Assembly: GCA_008632985.1 (NCBI GenBank)
Contig: QPGO01000010.1
Span: 744,001 to 808,000 of the forward strand
Reading direction: 5' to 3'
DNA: 64,000 bases
Origin: Psammoneis japonica
Taxonomy: Eukaryota
Shown: piece by piece, positions 39,811-53,891 of the stretch
Layout of the letters: each line of letters begins with the position of its first letter
Position numbering within the stretch: the stretch's first letter is position 1
The notes under the pieces: generated by a model
The model's input: only the letters and a program-made list of their open reading frames with translations
Told to the model about the DNA's origin: nothing
The model's database searches: none
Position numbers and translations under genes: made by a program

Positions 39811-42800
39811 ATGTCGACTGCTTCCCGTTTAGATTGTTTTCGATGCCGTCACTCTGGTCGAGTTGGTTTCAGAAACCGATCCTCTGCAGCAACCAGTAAA
39901 AGACCTCGCCTTTCAGTTCTTGTTGTCGCTCTTGCTGTAGCGTGTTCCCGTGCTACTCTTGCATTTATTGCACCAAGAACAACAGACAACTGGCGCAACC
40001 AACGCCGAACAAATAAAATGACATTACAGGTATCGATAGCAAACGAAGTTTCCAGCGACGAGTCGTCAAAACAGTCCTTGGAAAACAATAGCACATTGCA
40101 TAAGAATGACACAGCAACGCACAATGACGCTAATGAAACTTCAAAATCAGATTGGTCCACAGCAAGCTCGTTTGGATCTTTCCTACTGAAAAGACAAGAG
40201 AAGAGGTAGAAGAAATACGTCGTTTAGGACTCAATGAAACAGAGCTGGAAGTATCGGCCGAAATGGAGGCTGCGCTAAAACCGGTGGCGGCTCCAACGAC
40301 GACGACAAGTACAGTTCAAGATGATATGGACCGAGAGGCTGTACGAGAATTAGATGATGCCGTCACGTGGCTCAAGGGAACACCCGAATCTCTCACCAAG
40401 GACATAACAGTATTGCCGCAGTCCTCAATGTACACATCACTTCAGTCGTCTGAGATTGTCAGTTCGCAAGAAGAACCGGAGGAAGCAAGACGAAAGGGAA
40501 GGTAGGAATCCTTGAACGAATTCGATTGCTTCGAAGAAGAGCCGCAAGAAAAACAGAAGAAGAAACCACCGTTAAGTCACAAGAAATGCCATTGAGCATG
40601 CCAGAGCACTATTCAATCCGAATCGGTCGTGACATTCGCCATTTGGCCGTATCGATTGCATCGAACGTTCAAGATCCCTCGCAGTGGAGATTGTTTGTGG
40701 AAGAAAAGGGTGGTATAGTACCGCTGCTTGAGTGCATTCAAGAGGGAGCTCGGTTTGTTCGTGAAAAGAAGCGTGATTTTGATGAGGAATCCGAGTTTCT
40801 CGGCTTTGCTCAAGATTACGAGGAGTCTCTCATGGTCGCGTGCGCAGCCTGTCGGGCATTGCGAGATTTGGCAGCACTATCAGATAGTCTTTCTGCGGTG
40901 GTTACAGATGACATACTACGAGTTAACAAGGTCGCGTCCTCTCGGAATGAGACGGGTGTAGGTATAATGTCTGATCTAGCCACTCTCTTGAGTCATGCCA
41001 ATGATGTGGAACGTTTGTACGGTCGAATTTACAGACGCCGGCGACGATTAGGCCCAAAAGAGAAAGCGAAAGCTCGGTTTCTATTCAGACGTGGTGGAAG
41101 AAAGAACAGACGAGGTGAGTTCTCAGAGTTACCTTGAACGGCTGCAAGGCCTTTATGCTTAGTAGTGTGTTGACGATTATTGTTCGTTTGTGTGTATTCA
41201 GAGGCGCGTCAGCGTTGCAAACTGTATGTGCTCCAGCTTCTCCTTTCAATGGCAATTGCAAGCGATGATGCTGTCGAAACAGTACGAAAAACTCCGGGGT
41301 TAACTGACGCTGTGTCGCATGCTCTTCGTATGCGAGAAAGGAACAAACAAGACGCTGGCTTCGATATCCTGTAGAGGTTGTCCGAAACGCGTTCCGCTCC
41401 GGAGGTGCAGCAAAACTTGAGGATGAGACCGAAGGGAAGGTAATGCCTTTCATAGCCGCTGCCGCTATACGCGATGATCTTTTAGGAAAAGTGCAAGGGA
41501 CTGCAAACCAAGTCCTTGCCGCGGTCGGTTGCAATCAGTGGGTACCCAAAATTCCGGGACAGAAGGGCCTGCGTATTCTTTGCCTGGATGGAGGTGGTTC
41601 GAGAGGAATCGTGGCTGTGACGACTTTGGTGAAACTTGTTGACTCCATGGGTGGAGTTGAGGTTTGTGACTCTTTCGACATTATCTGTGGAACGTCAACA
41701 GGAGCGATCATTGCATTTTTAGTGGGTCTTCGACGCGAGTCGACTCGTATGGCGATGGAAAGATACAACGAGCTCATCAAAAGGATATTCGTCAAGTCAC
41801 CGCTCCGGACGCCTTTGCTATTGTTCACAACTGCATCATACGACGAGGCTCACTTCACAAGAGTCATGAACGATGTTCTCGGTGACTTCTCGATGCTCGA
41901 CAGCCGCGAAAACCCAGCTGTCCCTTTGGTTTGCGCTGTTTCTTCAAAAATGTCGTCCACACCAACTCACGTAGCCTTATTTCGTAACTACAACTACGCT
42001 GAAGGCGAGTTCCCCGACACGTTTGTGATTGATCCTGATGAAGCTAGAACTGAGCTAGGCCTTTCCAGAGAGAGCATTCCCAATGAGAACTCTGAATCGC
42101 TTCTATCGAGGCAAGGCGTTATCGAGAGCCATCAATGCCTGGTCTTCGAATGAGCGAGGGGTCTCGTCATCCAGGTACTAGCGCCGAAGACGCCTGTTTG
42201 ATGCTCAAAGTCAGCAATCATTTAACTCTCACCTCTGTCATCTATACCCGCTGCAGGATCTTTTCGAGTGCTTCAGCGTGTGGCTCTACGTGCGTCGACT
42301 GCAGCGCCCACCGTGTTCAAACCTGTTTCGATGGGTGGAGAGATATACTGTGACGGAGGCATTGTTGCAAGCAACCCATCTGCTGTCGCTTTGCACGAAG
42401 CACGGACTCTGTTCCCCGGCGTCCCTGTTGAGATGATTGTTTCATGCGGTACGGGAGGTAAGCGTAACGGTGTATTTGCTAGCCGGCTTAAAGATGTTTG
42501 TGACGCTAACCTGCTGTTATATTATATTTTTTGTGTCACAGGCTTTCTAGAGGAAAGGAATAATCCGAAGTAAGATATCTTGTATAGTCTCACCGAACAA
42601 TCATACGTTGATTTTCTTTTGGAAATCTAATTTACCTTATCCTTGCCTCCGGCTCTTCTCAGGTTTGGCTGGGACGGAATCATCGGACAAATTGTAAATA
42701 GTGCCACCGACGGTAAGTTCTGCTTGCATTGATCAGCGGTATCAGATGTTCATTGCTCAACATCATCTTGCCTTGGATTCCTTCAGCTGAGCAGGTTCAT

Positions 42801-43074
42801 CACATTCTAGAAGATGTATTGGGAGAAGGTGGAACGGCACACTTGGCGGGACGTCCATTTCGAAGACTAGGTACTACCGTCTGAATCCAATTATCGGTGC
42901 GCCGAACGACTTCCCAATCGACGTGACGGACCCGAAGCTCCTCGATGATTTGAAAACAATCACAGAAAGATATTTAGAGGAGCCCGAGCAACAACGAAAG
43001 CTTCGAGAAATTGGGGATATTTTGGAAGGGCGCAGCTGGTGGAAAAGCTTCGTACCGTTTCAAACCAAGATTTA
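39811..43074 (+). CDS. Patatin-like phospholipase (PNPLA8/iPLA2-gamma-like), multi-exon, with several apparent frameshifts
   Basis: LRILCLDGGGSRG, GTSTG nucleophile elbow, ASTAAPTVF, DGGIVASNP and YYRLNP; GT-AG introns; frame breaks at ~40200, ~40500, ~41315, ~42130 and ~42855. Confidence 0.85.
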
Positions 43075-43977
43075 AGATAGTAGGCATCTGCTAAGCGGCA
43101 CATGCCATTTCATTGCGTGCACTACCTTAGTACAGTTACCTGGTGTATGATGGTTGGGAGCCGGATCAACATCCAGACAAATATGAATGACCCTAAACAC
43201 ATCCGTTGGCTGGCATGATTGGCAGAAGGCGGCAATATTTGGAAGAAATTTGGTCGTGCTCACCAAAGAAGAGTGGCATCCAAACATACATGAAATTAGA
43301 TGACACATGGCTTTCACTTGGATTGTTTACACGAATCCTGTTGTCACAGAAGGCAAAATTTGGTATTGTAGACATTCAAACATACATGAATAAGAAGCAC
43401 ATTCATTCGCATGAATTGTTTACAAGAATACGGGATACGGGATGCATTTACGAATCAGAACGACGAGAATGGCACAAGGGAAATTAGAATATCGACACCG
43501 AAGAACACTTTTCATCTCGCTTCTTTGGCACCGCAATCAGCACACTTATAGAAAAACATCACTATGATCACCTTCAAGGCTGTAGCTTATTTCAAAAATT
43601 ATGATGTTCTATTGGCATGCAAAATCAAAGATTAAAATAAAAAACATTTTGAAACTGAGTGAATAATTTTATGAATAAATTCAAAACCTTTTAAATTTAA
43701 CTTGATCCATAAGTTCTTAGTCATGGCATTTAGATTTTATATCGTGAAAATTGTAGTAATATTGGTATGTGAACGAATGTTTTATTGAATGTTTTTGGCG
43801 CGAATCGTATAATCTCTTGGAACAAGACTCACACAATGAGATCCCGGAAAGATATGGTCCTGGTTCCAGTCGTGAAAAATCCCGAATCCTACATGCAAAT
43901 TGATGCCACAAAATTCCTGACACAATTTCGACACAGGTGCATTCGCGAAGCCTTGTCTTCCACAGCTGTATCGAAAC

Positions 43978-46695
43978 ATGAAGTTTTTGCTCCATTTTGT
44001 GCTTTTGAGCACATGTCAAGATGGCTTTCTTGCCGCCGCAAAGGAGTTGCGTTGGACTAGAAGAGCCTTGAACTCAGACTTGATCGGGCAGAAACAAACA
44101 GAGGATCGGGTGGTCGGATATGAAGGTTTCCTGAGGAAGGCCGAAAGTCATCGAGAGCTTCAAAACTTTTCGCCAGTTCCACCGAGTCCTAGGCCACCCT
44201 CCCCGCAACCGCCATCTCCCCGCCCCCCTACGCCACGTCCCACACAGCGGACTGTAACAGAATGCGAAGTAACGGTACGTACAACATGAAAAAATCGAGC
44301 TTTGCTGGCGTAGTAAAGAATTGACAATGCAAACCAACCTTTACGTTTGCCGATTACTTCCTTTAGGTGAATATTGATTGCACAAGTGCAGAAAACAAGT
44401 TTGTTCCGTGCGATGATATTCCGCAGCCTCAGGGAGTGTGCTCGGACGGTGAACCCTTCAATTCGCTCGTGTTTGTGTACGGGCCACGAAACTGCTACCA
44501 AAGCGTAAATGCTCAAGGCAGCGACTTTATTTGCGAAGATACGCCTGGTCCACCCCTCAGTAGAGTGAAACTTCAATGCGGGTCTGGCAATGGCATGACG
44601 GAGTACTTTGACAAGACCGTGACACCAGGCGACATTGTCACGGTTGCTGCAGCACCAGGCAGTGTCTTGTCAGATAGGCTTAACTGCACAATTACGACTA
44701 CCGACGTGAATCGCAACCCTTATCAAAAGCTATCGTTGGACACATCCGGAGATGCTCCACTTCACCTGAACAACATCTTTGGTAGCTTGGTCCTAAAGGC
44801 ATGTCAAGATGAAACATGTTTTGCGGATATAGAGTATGACATCACCATGACGAATATTGGCGAGTCGGACTTCAATATCACCAAGGTTGTCCAGTCGACT
44901 AATGGTGGGAACCCAGAAGACATTACAGATCTTGTCCCTGATACGGAGCTTGCCCCAACCGAGAGCACCGAATTCAGTACCCCTGACACCGTGGACATTT
45001 GCGTCGACATGGTGTACACGACAGAGGTGGTCATTGAAGCCGAGCCTATTCCGGATGGTGACATTTGCACAGGAAAAGATGAGGTGAGTATACTATTTCA
45101 TTTTGAATTCACAAGAGATACCAAGAAAATTGCACAAGCTGAATTCTTGTCTGGTGTTTCTTTGCGATTAAAAGATTGTGTTTGATACGAAGAACTTACC
45201 GACACCGGCTCCGACTCTGGCACCTACACCGCCTCCGACACAACGAGCTGAGACGTTACCACCAACTCCGCCGCCATCACCGGAGCCTACCCCTCCACCT
45301 ACCGGTACTCCCCCTCCATCTCCGAGGCCCACACCTCCGCCAACCCCCCCTCCCTCTCCGGAGCCCACTCCTCCGCCAACCCCACCACCTACGCCACCTC
45401 CGAGTGTCCAACCAACGCCCAGGCCGACGCAAAGAGCTGAGACGCCGCCTCCCACACCAGGCCCGACACCGCCGCCGTCTCGCATGCCTACTCCTCCACC
45501 AACCCCACCGCCTACCCCACCTCCGAGCATCCAACCAACGCCCAGGCCAACGCAGAGAGCTGAGACGCCGCCTCCTACACCAGGCCCGACACCGCCGCCC
45601 TCTCGCATGCCTACTCCTCCACCAACCCCACCGCCTACCCCACCGCCTACCCCACCTCCGAGCATTCAACCAACGCCCAGGCCAACGCAGAGAGCTGAGA
45701 CGCCGCCTCCTACACCGGGTCCGACGCCGCCACCTACGCCCAGGCCAACACAGAGAGCTGAGTCACCTCCACCCACGTGTTTGCCAAAACCCCCGTCACC
45801 CTCGCCGAAGCCCCCATCGCCTTCACCGAAGCCACCTGCAACTCCACATCCTACTGTGACGCCACCGCCTCCGGCAACTGCGGCTCCAACGAAAGCACCG
45901 AAGCCACCGTCGCCGTCGCCAAAGCCACCGTCGCCTTCACCAAAACCACCTGCAACTCCAAATCCTACTGTGACGCCACCGCCTCCGGCAACTGCGGCTC
46001 CAACGAAAGCACCGAAGCCACCGTCGCCGTCGCCAAAGCCACCGTCGCCTTCACCAAAACCACCTGCAACTCCACATCCTACTGTGACGCCACCGCCTCC
46101 GGCAACTGAAGCTCCGACGAAAGCACCGAAGCCCCCGCCGCCATCGCCAAAGCCTCCTTCGCCGTCTCCGAAGCCGCCATCACCGGGACCTTGTCCTCCC
46201 AAGCCACCGTCTCCTTCTCCCAAGCCACCGTCTCCGTCGCCTAAACCACCCTCTCCCAGCCCGAAGCCACCATCACCGTCGCCAAAACCGCCATCACCGG
46301 GCCCTTGTCCTCCCAAGCCGCCATCTCCATCGCCACAGCCACCCCCCAGTAAGGGAGCCAAAGGAGGAGGATCAAGTAGCAAAAGCAAAGGAGGATCGAG
46401 CAGCAAGAGCACGGGCGGAAAGATGGGAAGTGGAAGTTCGAGCAGCAAGAGCAAAGGAGGATCGGGCAGCAAGAGCAAGGGTGGTTCTTCTTCCAAGAGT
46501 CACTCTTCTAGCAGCGGGTCTTCTGGCGAGAGCAAGGGTAAAGGCGGTGGGAACTCCAGCGCAAGTTCATCTTCCAAAAGCACGGGCGGAAAGAATGGAT
46601 CATCGAATGGCTCATCCTCCTCCAAGAGCAAGGGTGGTAAAGACGGGACCTCATCTTCAAATAGCTTTATGCATGAATACCGAAGAGGCTCATAA
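43978..46695 (+). CDS. Secreted Pro/Thr/Ser-rich repeat protein with a Cys-containing globular domain and a Ser/Gly/Lys tail (cell-wall or adhesive-like)
   Basis: Signal peptide, RELQ (RXL) site, exons ~43978-44274, 44368-45083 and 45175-46695; PTPPPT, PTQRAET and KPPSPSP tandem repeats; SKSKGG repeats. Confidence 0.8.
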
Positions 46696-46930
46696 GTTGA
46701 ACAAGGGCAACCTGAGAAGCATCGCAAGGGAGCAAACGGCTGTTGTCGCCGCAAGACATATCTATGAATTGCATATTCTTCATTGTACCCTTCGGATAGA
46801 GCCGCTGTCAAAGCTCAGCTTGACTGAGACACAGCTATTCGGCTTACGAAAAGTACATAATATAGTAAACCAAACGAAAGTTATCAGTGTCAGTCTAAGC
46901 ACGAATGCACCCCCCTCCTAAGCACACCTC

Positions 46931-49900
46931 TCAAGGATGCATTGGCTGTTCAATAGGAAGCAAAAGGTGTGTTCCAATCCGTAGGAGCCTCTTGATTTCA
47001 AACAGGTCCACCGCCTCCATTCCCATTTGATCCAAAACCAAGTTTTCCATGGAGCTGTCGTAGGCAATGCCATCTGTGCGTGCGTCGTGCTTTGTACCGG
47101 CATCGGAAATGCCAGCCTTGTATTGGTGCAGAACTCGCCCAAAAGTAGTGGAATCCAACACTCGCATTTGCAGTTCTTGTTTGGTCATGTGCTGCTGGCT
47201 ACGGATCAGCTCCTCCCAGGATGCCATGTCGGTCAACAAACTCTGAGCCCAGACGCTGCTGGCCAGCCGCTCTCGTTGCTCCTTGCCATTGACCGATCGG
47301 CAAATAGCCAATCCAACCATGCAGAGCTGAATCGCTTCATCGCTACTTCCAACTATCATGTTGTTTTGATCTTGTGTCGCCTCTTGCAATTTCTGGAGGG
47401 TCAAGGACAAGAGATCTTCGGGTGGCAAACATGCCTTATTTCCGCTACGAGTGTCATCCACGAGCATCTGTTGAGCGCGAACCAACTCAGTCTTGTTGCC
47501 AATCGTGGTGCTTTGCCTCGTTAACTCCTGCTTGGAATCCTCGTTAAGAGCTTCTTCTTGTGCAACCTTGTTGGAAAGTTTAGCCATGCTGAGTTTCCAA
47601 TCACATGACGACAATTCCAAGCCGGGACGAGTTGCATCCTGCAGCAAATGGCGAGACGCCTCATCAAACTGTTGGTTTCGAATTGCCGGTATCCATTGGT
47701 AGGAATGCATCCGAGCGTTTGCTTCAAAGAAACGATCGAGCACCTCTGGACGACAGCAGCGTCCATAGTTCAAAACGTGCGCGTACAATCCACGGTCCGA
47801 GTACCATTCCAAAACAAAGCGGGCAAACTCAAACCCCGTTTTGAAATCGCAACCGCCGCTGAGGGGACTATCTTCGGCCAAGAGTGGTTCTATAGAAAAG
47901 GTGCTCTGCTCATCCTGATCATGATCGAGACAGATTTCGCAAATGCCTTGATAATACTCGTGCTGAACACTAAGTTCAAACGCAATCTCATCGCGGCGAT
48001 CGGCAGCCGCCACGTGCTTCTGAATGAGTGCCACACCCATGGCCTTCATATCATGGTATCGCTCTTGTCCATTGACTGCATCACCTTGAGTTTCTCCAAA
48101 GGACGCCAGAGCCACATTTACCACCGTGATGAGTCGATTCGTATCCACACTTCTTGTAGTGTCTTGCAACACTTGCATTTGTTTCACCATAATTGCTTGC
48201 AAGGTTGGATGATGAGTCCAAAGACGCGTCGGCTGCGTCGATTCGCTATTGTTGTCGCTGCTTGATATATCGTAGATCCCATCCGCTTGTTGCTGACGAT
48301 ACTGCGTGGCGCTACGCAGAGCCAACACGAGCAAGTCTTCAAACTTCACCATGGCAGCATCGCCGCCATCGGGATGTCCGCCGTCCAGTGCCTTGTTTTG
48401 AAGAGATTGCAACCAATTCACAAGTCCATGTGGTTGACATGCATCGTCCAGTCCCTGAGTCTTTGCTGAGAGAGCCTGATAGGCAGCTAGCTCCTGCCCA
48501 ATCCCAAGAAGCGCATACCGTCCTTCGCTCGACAAGCTTCGATAGAATCCTCCATCCTTCAACAGATCCAAAAAGGACATGTGCCACTTCATGGGGTTAT
48601 GGAGAGAAGATGAATCTCCCTCGAGCTGCAATTGCCTTGCCGTGGCGACAATGGCTGGTTCCAAATCATCCGGATTGGCTTGTTGCAAGGAAGGTGGCAA
48701 TCTCAACAAGCCGTTGTTGCTGCTACTATTGTTTTGATACCATGGCCAAAAGGCCGAGCGCAAATGCGACGTGAGCGTTGCCACATCGCTTGTAGTAGCA
48801 CTTCCGCTTCGTTTCCGCTTCATGGGTGTCGCCGACACGGCTTGCATTTGCAATCCCGTCCAACGCCCACGCAATCCCAATCCTGACGTGGCAGCGCACA
48901 CCAACCGTGAGTGACCGTGTCGCGTCCCATGGTGCCCTTGACCAAAGAGGGTGCCATATCCGTTGGCAAATCGACTTCATAGTGGACAGACGAATCGTCC
49001 ATGAGTGCCATGACCGTTACAGGGAGCGTGGGCAATGACTCATTGTTGTTGTTGTTGTTGTATTGAAAAGCGGCATAACTCAAATGCTCGTGGGTAGTAA
49101 CGAGACCGACACAATCCACTTCAGACGCGTGAAAGCGACTCAAATATAGTGCTTGGCTCACCTCGAACTCCATTCATTAGTAAAGGAGGCTTGTAACCAA
49201 AAGATTTGTTCTTTTGGTTGTTGTTGTCCTCTATCATCAAATCCGACTCGAACAATAAAGTTGAGTCCGTGCGTCGAATCGTCGTTTTCGTGCTTCATCG
49301 AATTGCAACGCAGGACACAGAGATTGCAAACACCAGTGCCCGTCTCGGCAAGATACTGTTGTATATGCGCCACGGGAGTGGCTTGAAAGCTCGCCTTGTG
49401 AGAAGTCGCCACCGTGGTGACCTTCCAATGCTCTAGGAATCCTGAGTTTGATACCGCTAAAATCGAATCCTCGGATAGCTTGAGTACGGCATGAATGGGC
49501 TCTTGGCGTGGCCCTAATGCAGTCGATGAGGAGGATGACAAGAACATAGAAAAAATATTAGCCTTCGGTCGTTCCATGAGTTGCGTATGAAGCATGAGCG
49601 GTTGAGCCGTCTCGACACACCAAAAGAGCCGTCCCCTTGACGTTCCAATCACGAGCGGATCTGCCGATAAGCATGATATCGTTTCGTCTAGTTCGAGTGG
49701 AGCAAGCTTGACTCGCGCCTGTGCTTTGCGTGGTAGTATTTGTGTCTTTTCATCGTGACCCAGTCTCCACAAGAGTACAGCTCCCTCCTTAGGACTGGCC
49801 GCATACACGTGAACGTGAGCACCCTGATCTTTCGACGATAGTGCCAAGAGCGGAGACGATCCACCCAAACTGGGATGATACAGCTTGTGTCCGTGTTGTG

Positions 49901-50129
49901 CCGGATTCAGTGGTTGGGAGAGCGTTGCCGTCTTGACGGGAAAGGCGTGGATCTTACCCTCCTTGACAGCTACTGCCGACCACCCTCTCGTCACAGCACC
50001 ACCCACAGCTTCATTCAGAATTTCATGAACCGATTTGGGAACGACCGAAACGATCTGAACGCCCCACGGTTGGAACTTTGATGGCTTTATCAATTGACGC
50101 TGTTGGCTGTCAGAAGCAGAGGGAGCCAT
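46931..50129 (-). CDS. NUP133: Nucleoporin Nup133-like (frameshifts at ~49165 and ~48900)
   Basis: N-terminal beta-propeller-like region; C-terminal helical motifs AFELSVQHEYYQGICEIC, FARFVLEWY, YQWIPAIRNQQFDEAS and LSMAKLS. Confidence 0.7.
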
Positions 50130-50585
50130 GGTGTATGTAAAGAGAGACAACAGCAACGGGAGGTCGTCATTGTGTGTTACCCAGACGCTTGACGCTTGTT
50201 GCTTCTGTGTCGCGCTCCGAGCTCGGGAAAATCTTTCATAATAAGAAAGCGCGCGATTTAGATGCGCAGTTGACAGCACAGCCAGGTTCCATATCTTTCT
50301 GCGTCATATCGACGTCATCAAGATCTAACACACTTTTTGCGCGCGAAAAAATCAGCTGGTCGTCGTCCAGCGAACACAAAATGCACCTGCCAATGAGATC
50401 GGCAGCAAGCGACGGCTGTTGAACTCCCGTTACTCTAACTCCGCATGCCTACACTTGCGTTGATACCACGTCCATTACAATCTCGACGTTTTCTGGCTCT
50501 CTCGTGGCTTGTCCTTGGCAGCACCACTCCCACCGCGAGTTGGATTGTTCTTCCCTCGTTTTCTCGTTGTTGCAGGTTTTACAGC

Positions 50586-51655
50586 ATGGCTCCACAAACG
50601 CGGCGTCAAAAAGTAGCATCTGTATCCGATGTGAATGAACCGTCTCTTGTCTTTCGTCAATTTTCGACAGCCTTGCAAGATTCTGCTTCCAATGACGGCG
50701 ACGGTAACAACGAAAAGAAAAGCCCGAGGAAACGAAAGACGCGAGCTAGCGCTGCTGTAAAGACAGAAGAGCAGGTTGATGTTGTTACGCCCACAAAAAG
50801 AAGAAAACAAAAAGGACAGCGTCTCCCAAGAAGTCACCGTCTACACCTCGCAAGGCACCCAAGGATTGGGAAGAGATTTACAGCTTGGTCGAAGAGCTGC
50901 GCACCGACCGATCGGCACCGGTGGATTCCGATGGAGGACACGCACTGCCACAAAAGGACTTGGGCGAGTCAGTGTGGAGGTTTCAAATCTTGATTGCGTT
51001 GATGCTCAGCAGTCAAACCAAGGATGCGGTTGTAGGACAAACCATGGCCAAGTTACAAGAGCACGGATTAACCATGCAAAACATTCAGCAGACTTCTCAC
51101 GAACAATTAAATCAACTCATTGGCAAGGTGGGATTTCACAACAACAAGACCAAATACATTAAACAAGCTGTTGAGATTTGCATGGAAAAGTACAGTGGCG
51201 AGATTCCAGACAATGCCAAGGAGCTCATGGAATTGCCGGGCGTTGGTCCGAAAATGGCCTACATTGTTGAGTGCGTTGCATTTGGTAAGTCGACTGGCAT
51301 TGGCGTTGACACGCACATGCATCGCATGTACAACCAATTAAAGTGGGTCGATAGCAAGAACCCTGAACAGACACGCGTCCAGTTACAATCGTGGCTTCCT
51401 GAATCGAAATGGCCAACCGTCAATGTCTTGTGGGTGGGATTGGGACAAGAAGTTCAGCAATTTAAACCAAAGATTTTGCGAAAATCGCTGGATTGCAGCC
51501 GACCCAGAGATGCGTTGCGACTCCTCAAGAGACTAGGGATGAATGTGAAAAAGGAAGCTGAGAAGCAAGGGTGGGAGGAAGAGGTTAAAGACGTAATGAA
51601 GGGAGCGAGTGTGAAGCAGGAAGAGGACAGAAGTGTGTTAGAAGCGTACGAGTAA
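50586..51655 (+). CDS. NTH1: Endonuclease III / NTH1 HhH-GPD DNA glycosylase (frameshift in an A-run near 50810; start may be at 50445)
   Basis: FQILIALMLSSQTKD, VGFHNNKTKYIK, ELPGVGPKMA (HhH with catalytic Lys) and GIGVDTHMHR. Confidence 0.9.
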
Positions 51656-52032
51656 CTATTAGGTAGTAGGTTACCATATACTCCAGTAGCAGTTTATACG
51701 GGGGATAATTATGCTTCAGAAGTGTAGCCTACCTACTGTAGCTATGGAACAGGATATCGTTTTCTCTCGATTCATTCACTAGCTTTCGTGGTAGGAAGCA
51801 AGAGACTGTTGTAATGCAAGAAGAAGAGACTAGCGTTTCAGATGTATAGTATCCATAGTAGCTCTAATAGGGTTAGCATTTCGTTTTCTACTCTACAGTT
51901 TCTACCTTGGGTGGTAGGAACCAATAGACGATCTAAAAGGAGAACACTGATGTTCTCGTCTAAGGTTTTGATCGTGCGTTTCGATCGATCGTGCGTTATG
52001 TGGTCTAACGAATTGTGAGATTCCTGACATCA

Positions 52033-53515
52033 TTACGTGTTGGCGAGGCCTTGCCTCATGTAATCATAGACAATGGTGCCAACGCCGTACATCCAAGCTA
52101 TGAAGCAGTTACGAGAAAAGCGTACAATGTTAGAGCAACTGCGAAAGGGCTTACTTGAACTAGTACAAACACGATTACAAGTGACTTACCCATATGGTAC
52201 GCGTTGTCGAGCACCTTGATTGTAAAGCCTCGAGTAAATGCCTTGGATCCACTCTCGTGGTACATGCGACGCACGACAGAGACAATGTCACGGCGACTGC
52301 CAGGAGGAAGCGGCATTTGTGAGTTGGTAATAATGTTATCAATCGGATGAGTGAGAGCCGAGAAGGCTCCTCCTACTAGTCCACAGCCAATCAATTCGTG
52401 CATCTTGAGCTGATATCCATTTCCATATCCGTGCTGGCGCTTGTATTCGAGCAAACGATTCTTGACTTCAGAGGAGACGGCGAATCGAATGCCCCAATCC
52501 AAAGAACGACGCATCATCATGGGCAACAGGCCGTCGTATAGAGCGGTCGCGCCGTGTTTCTCTACAACTACTCGGCATGCCTGTAGTGGCGACAATGCGT
52601 TTAGAGACTCGCAAGCCACGACTGAGACCTGTGGAAAAGCAATGACGTAAGAGGGAGTAGTTAGCATTGCTCCTTGTTTTCTGTACACCACAGCTTTTGA
52701 AATCTATGCTACACTTACCTTTAGTTTCTGGCACGGGCAGACGACCAAAGCCTGCGAAGCACCGCCAAGGAATCCAGACAGCTTTTCCGCGGACTTGGAA
52801 TCCCAGCCACCTCGAGACTGAAGTTGGTACATGCTTTCGTGTTGAACGAAAAGCACTGGCACGCCCTTCAAGCATTGCAGCAGTCCCCACGGCAAGAAAC
52901 CCCGATAGAATGCTCCAACAAAGCCAGTTTCGGAAACGAAGCCTTGATGCAAGCTATAGTAGGAGGGACACGCTTGGTGCCCAACAGTCATTTGTTTGCC
53001 AAGCCGCAGCACTTCCAGGTAATGCCCGCCCGTAAGACCCTCACCCAAGATCATGAGAGGGCCAACGAGAAGCTTCTCAAACGCCGGTCGACTTCGAATA
53101 TGATGTGAAAGCTGGCTACGATTCCCATTGCCAATGCTGGGTAAACGGGAAAATCCCGATGCCGCTTCTATAAAAAGAGAAAGGATTAGCAATGAAAGAG
53201 ATTCGCGTTGCACAATGAGAAACAATAGAGAAAGGATTAGCAATGAAAGAGATTCGCGTTGCACAATGAGAAACAATGGCAATATGCATTCTCAATCGCT
53301 ACCATCCACCATTAATTTTTCTTACCCGTCATTGTCTCCCTACCGGTACGTGCACGTGCACCTTGAGGTAGGACCTGTATTCAGACGGTCGATCTGCTTG
53401 GTGATGTGTGGTGGAGCAACCTGCTCGCGATCGAAATCGAAAAGTATCGGTAGGTTGGAATGTGAAACGAGAAGGTGTTTGGATCGCATGCTTCAAATGC
53501 GATGTCTTCTTCCAT
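52033..53515 (-). CDS. Mitochondrial carrier (SLC25) family protein, multi-exon; start uncertain
   Basis: Carrier repeats HYLEVLRLGKQ, VCPCQKLKV and THPIDNIITNSQ; FYRGFLP and LYDGLLP; last exon AWMYGVGTIVYDY...stop at 52033. Confidence 0.8.
53176..53277. repeat. Perfect 51-bp tandem duplication, probably intronic
   Basis: AGAGAAAGGATTAGCAATGAAAGAGATTCGCGTTGCACAATGAGAAACAAT x2. Confidence 0.95.
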
Positions 53516-53891
53516 CTTTGACACCTGACACCGGACGTCGCTGGCACGAATGAGTTGACGGACCAAACGGTAGCTAATTTCTTATAAATTTATTCATATA
53601 CGAAGGTATCAAACTGATGTCAGTCCCGAGTGGTGTCAATTTCGCCATCAATCGCCAGTCGCGAGTCGCCAAAATTCAAACTGAATGGAATGAATCGGTA
53701 GTAGGGCTAGAATAATCAACATCGCCAACCTGAACGAACACACAATTCAGGCACCTTAGTGGATACGACGCCCCCTTCGTTAATGTGAACAGTATCGACC
53801 CTTTTTTTCCGAACCAAACGGCTTTCAAGCAATTCTACGTGACATTCTCCTTTCTCATCTACGCTCGCTAGTGTGCACAGCTCAAAACATT

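Noticed and set aside
45168..46496. Long Gly-rich minus-strand ORFs
   Set aside because: Antisense shadows of the Pro-rich gene.
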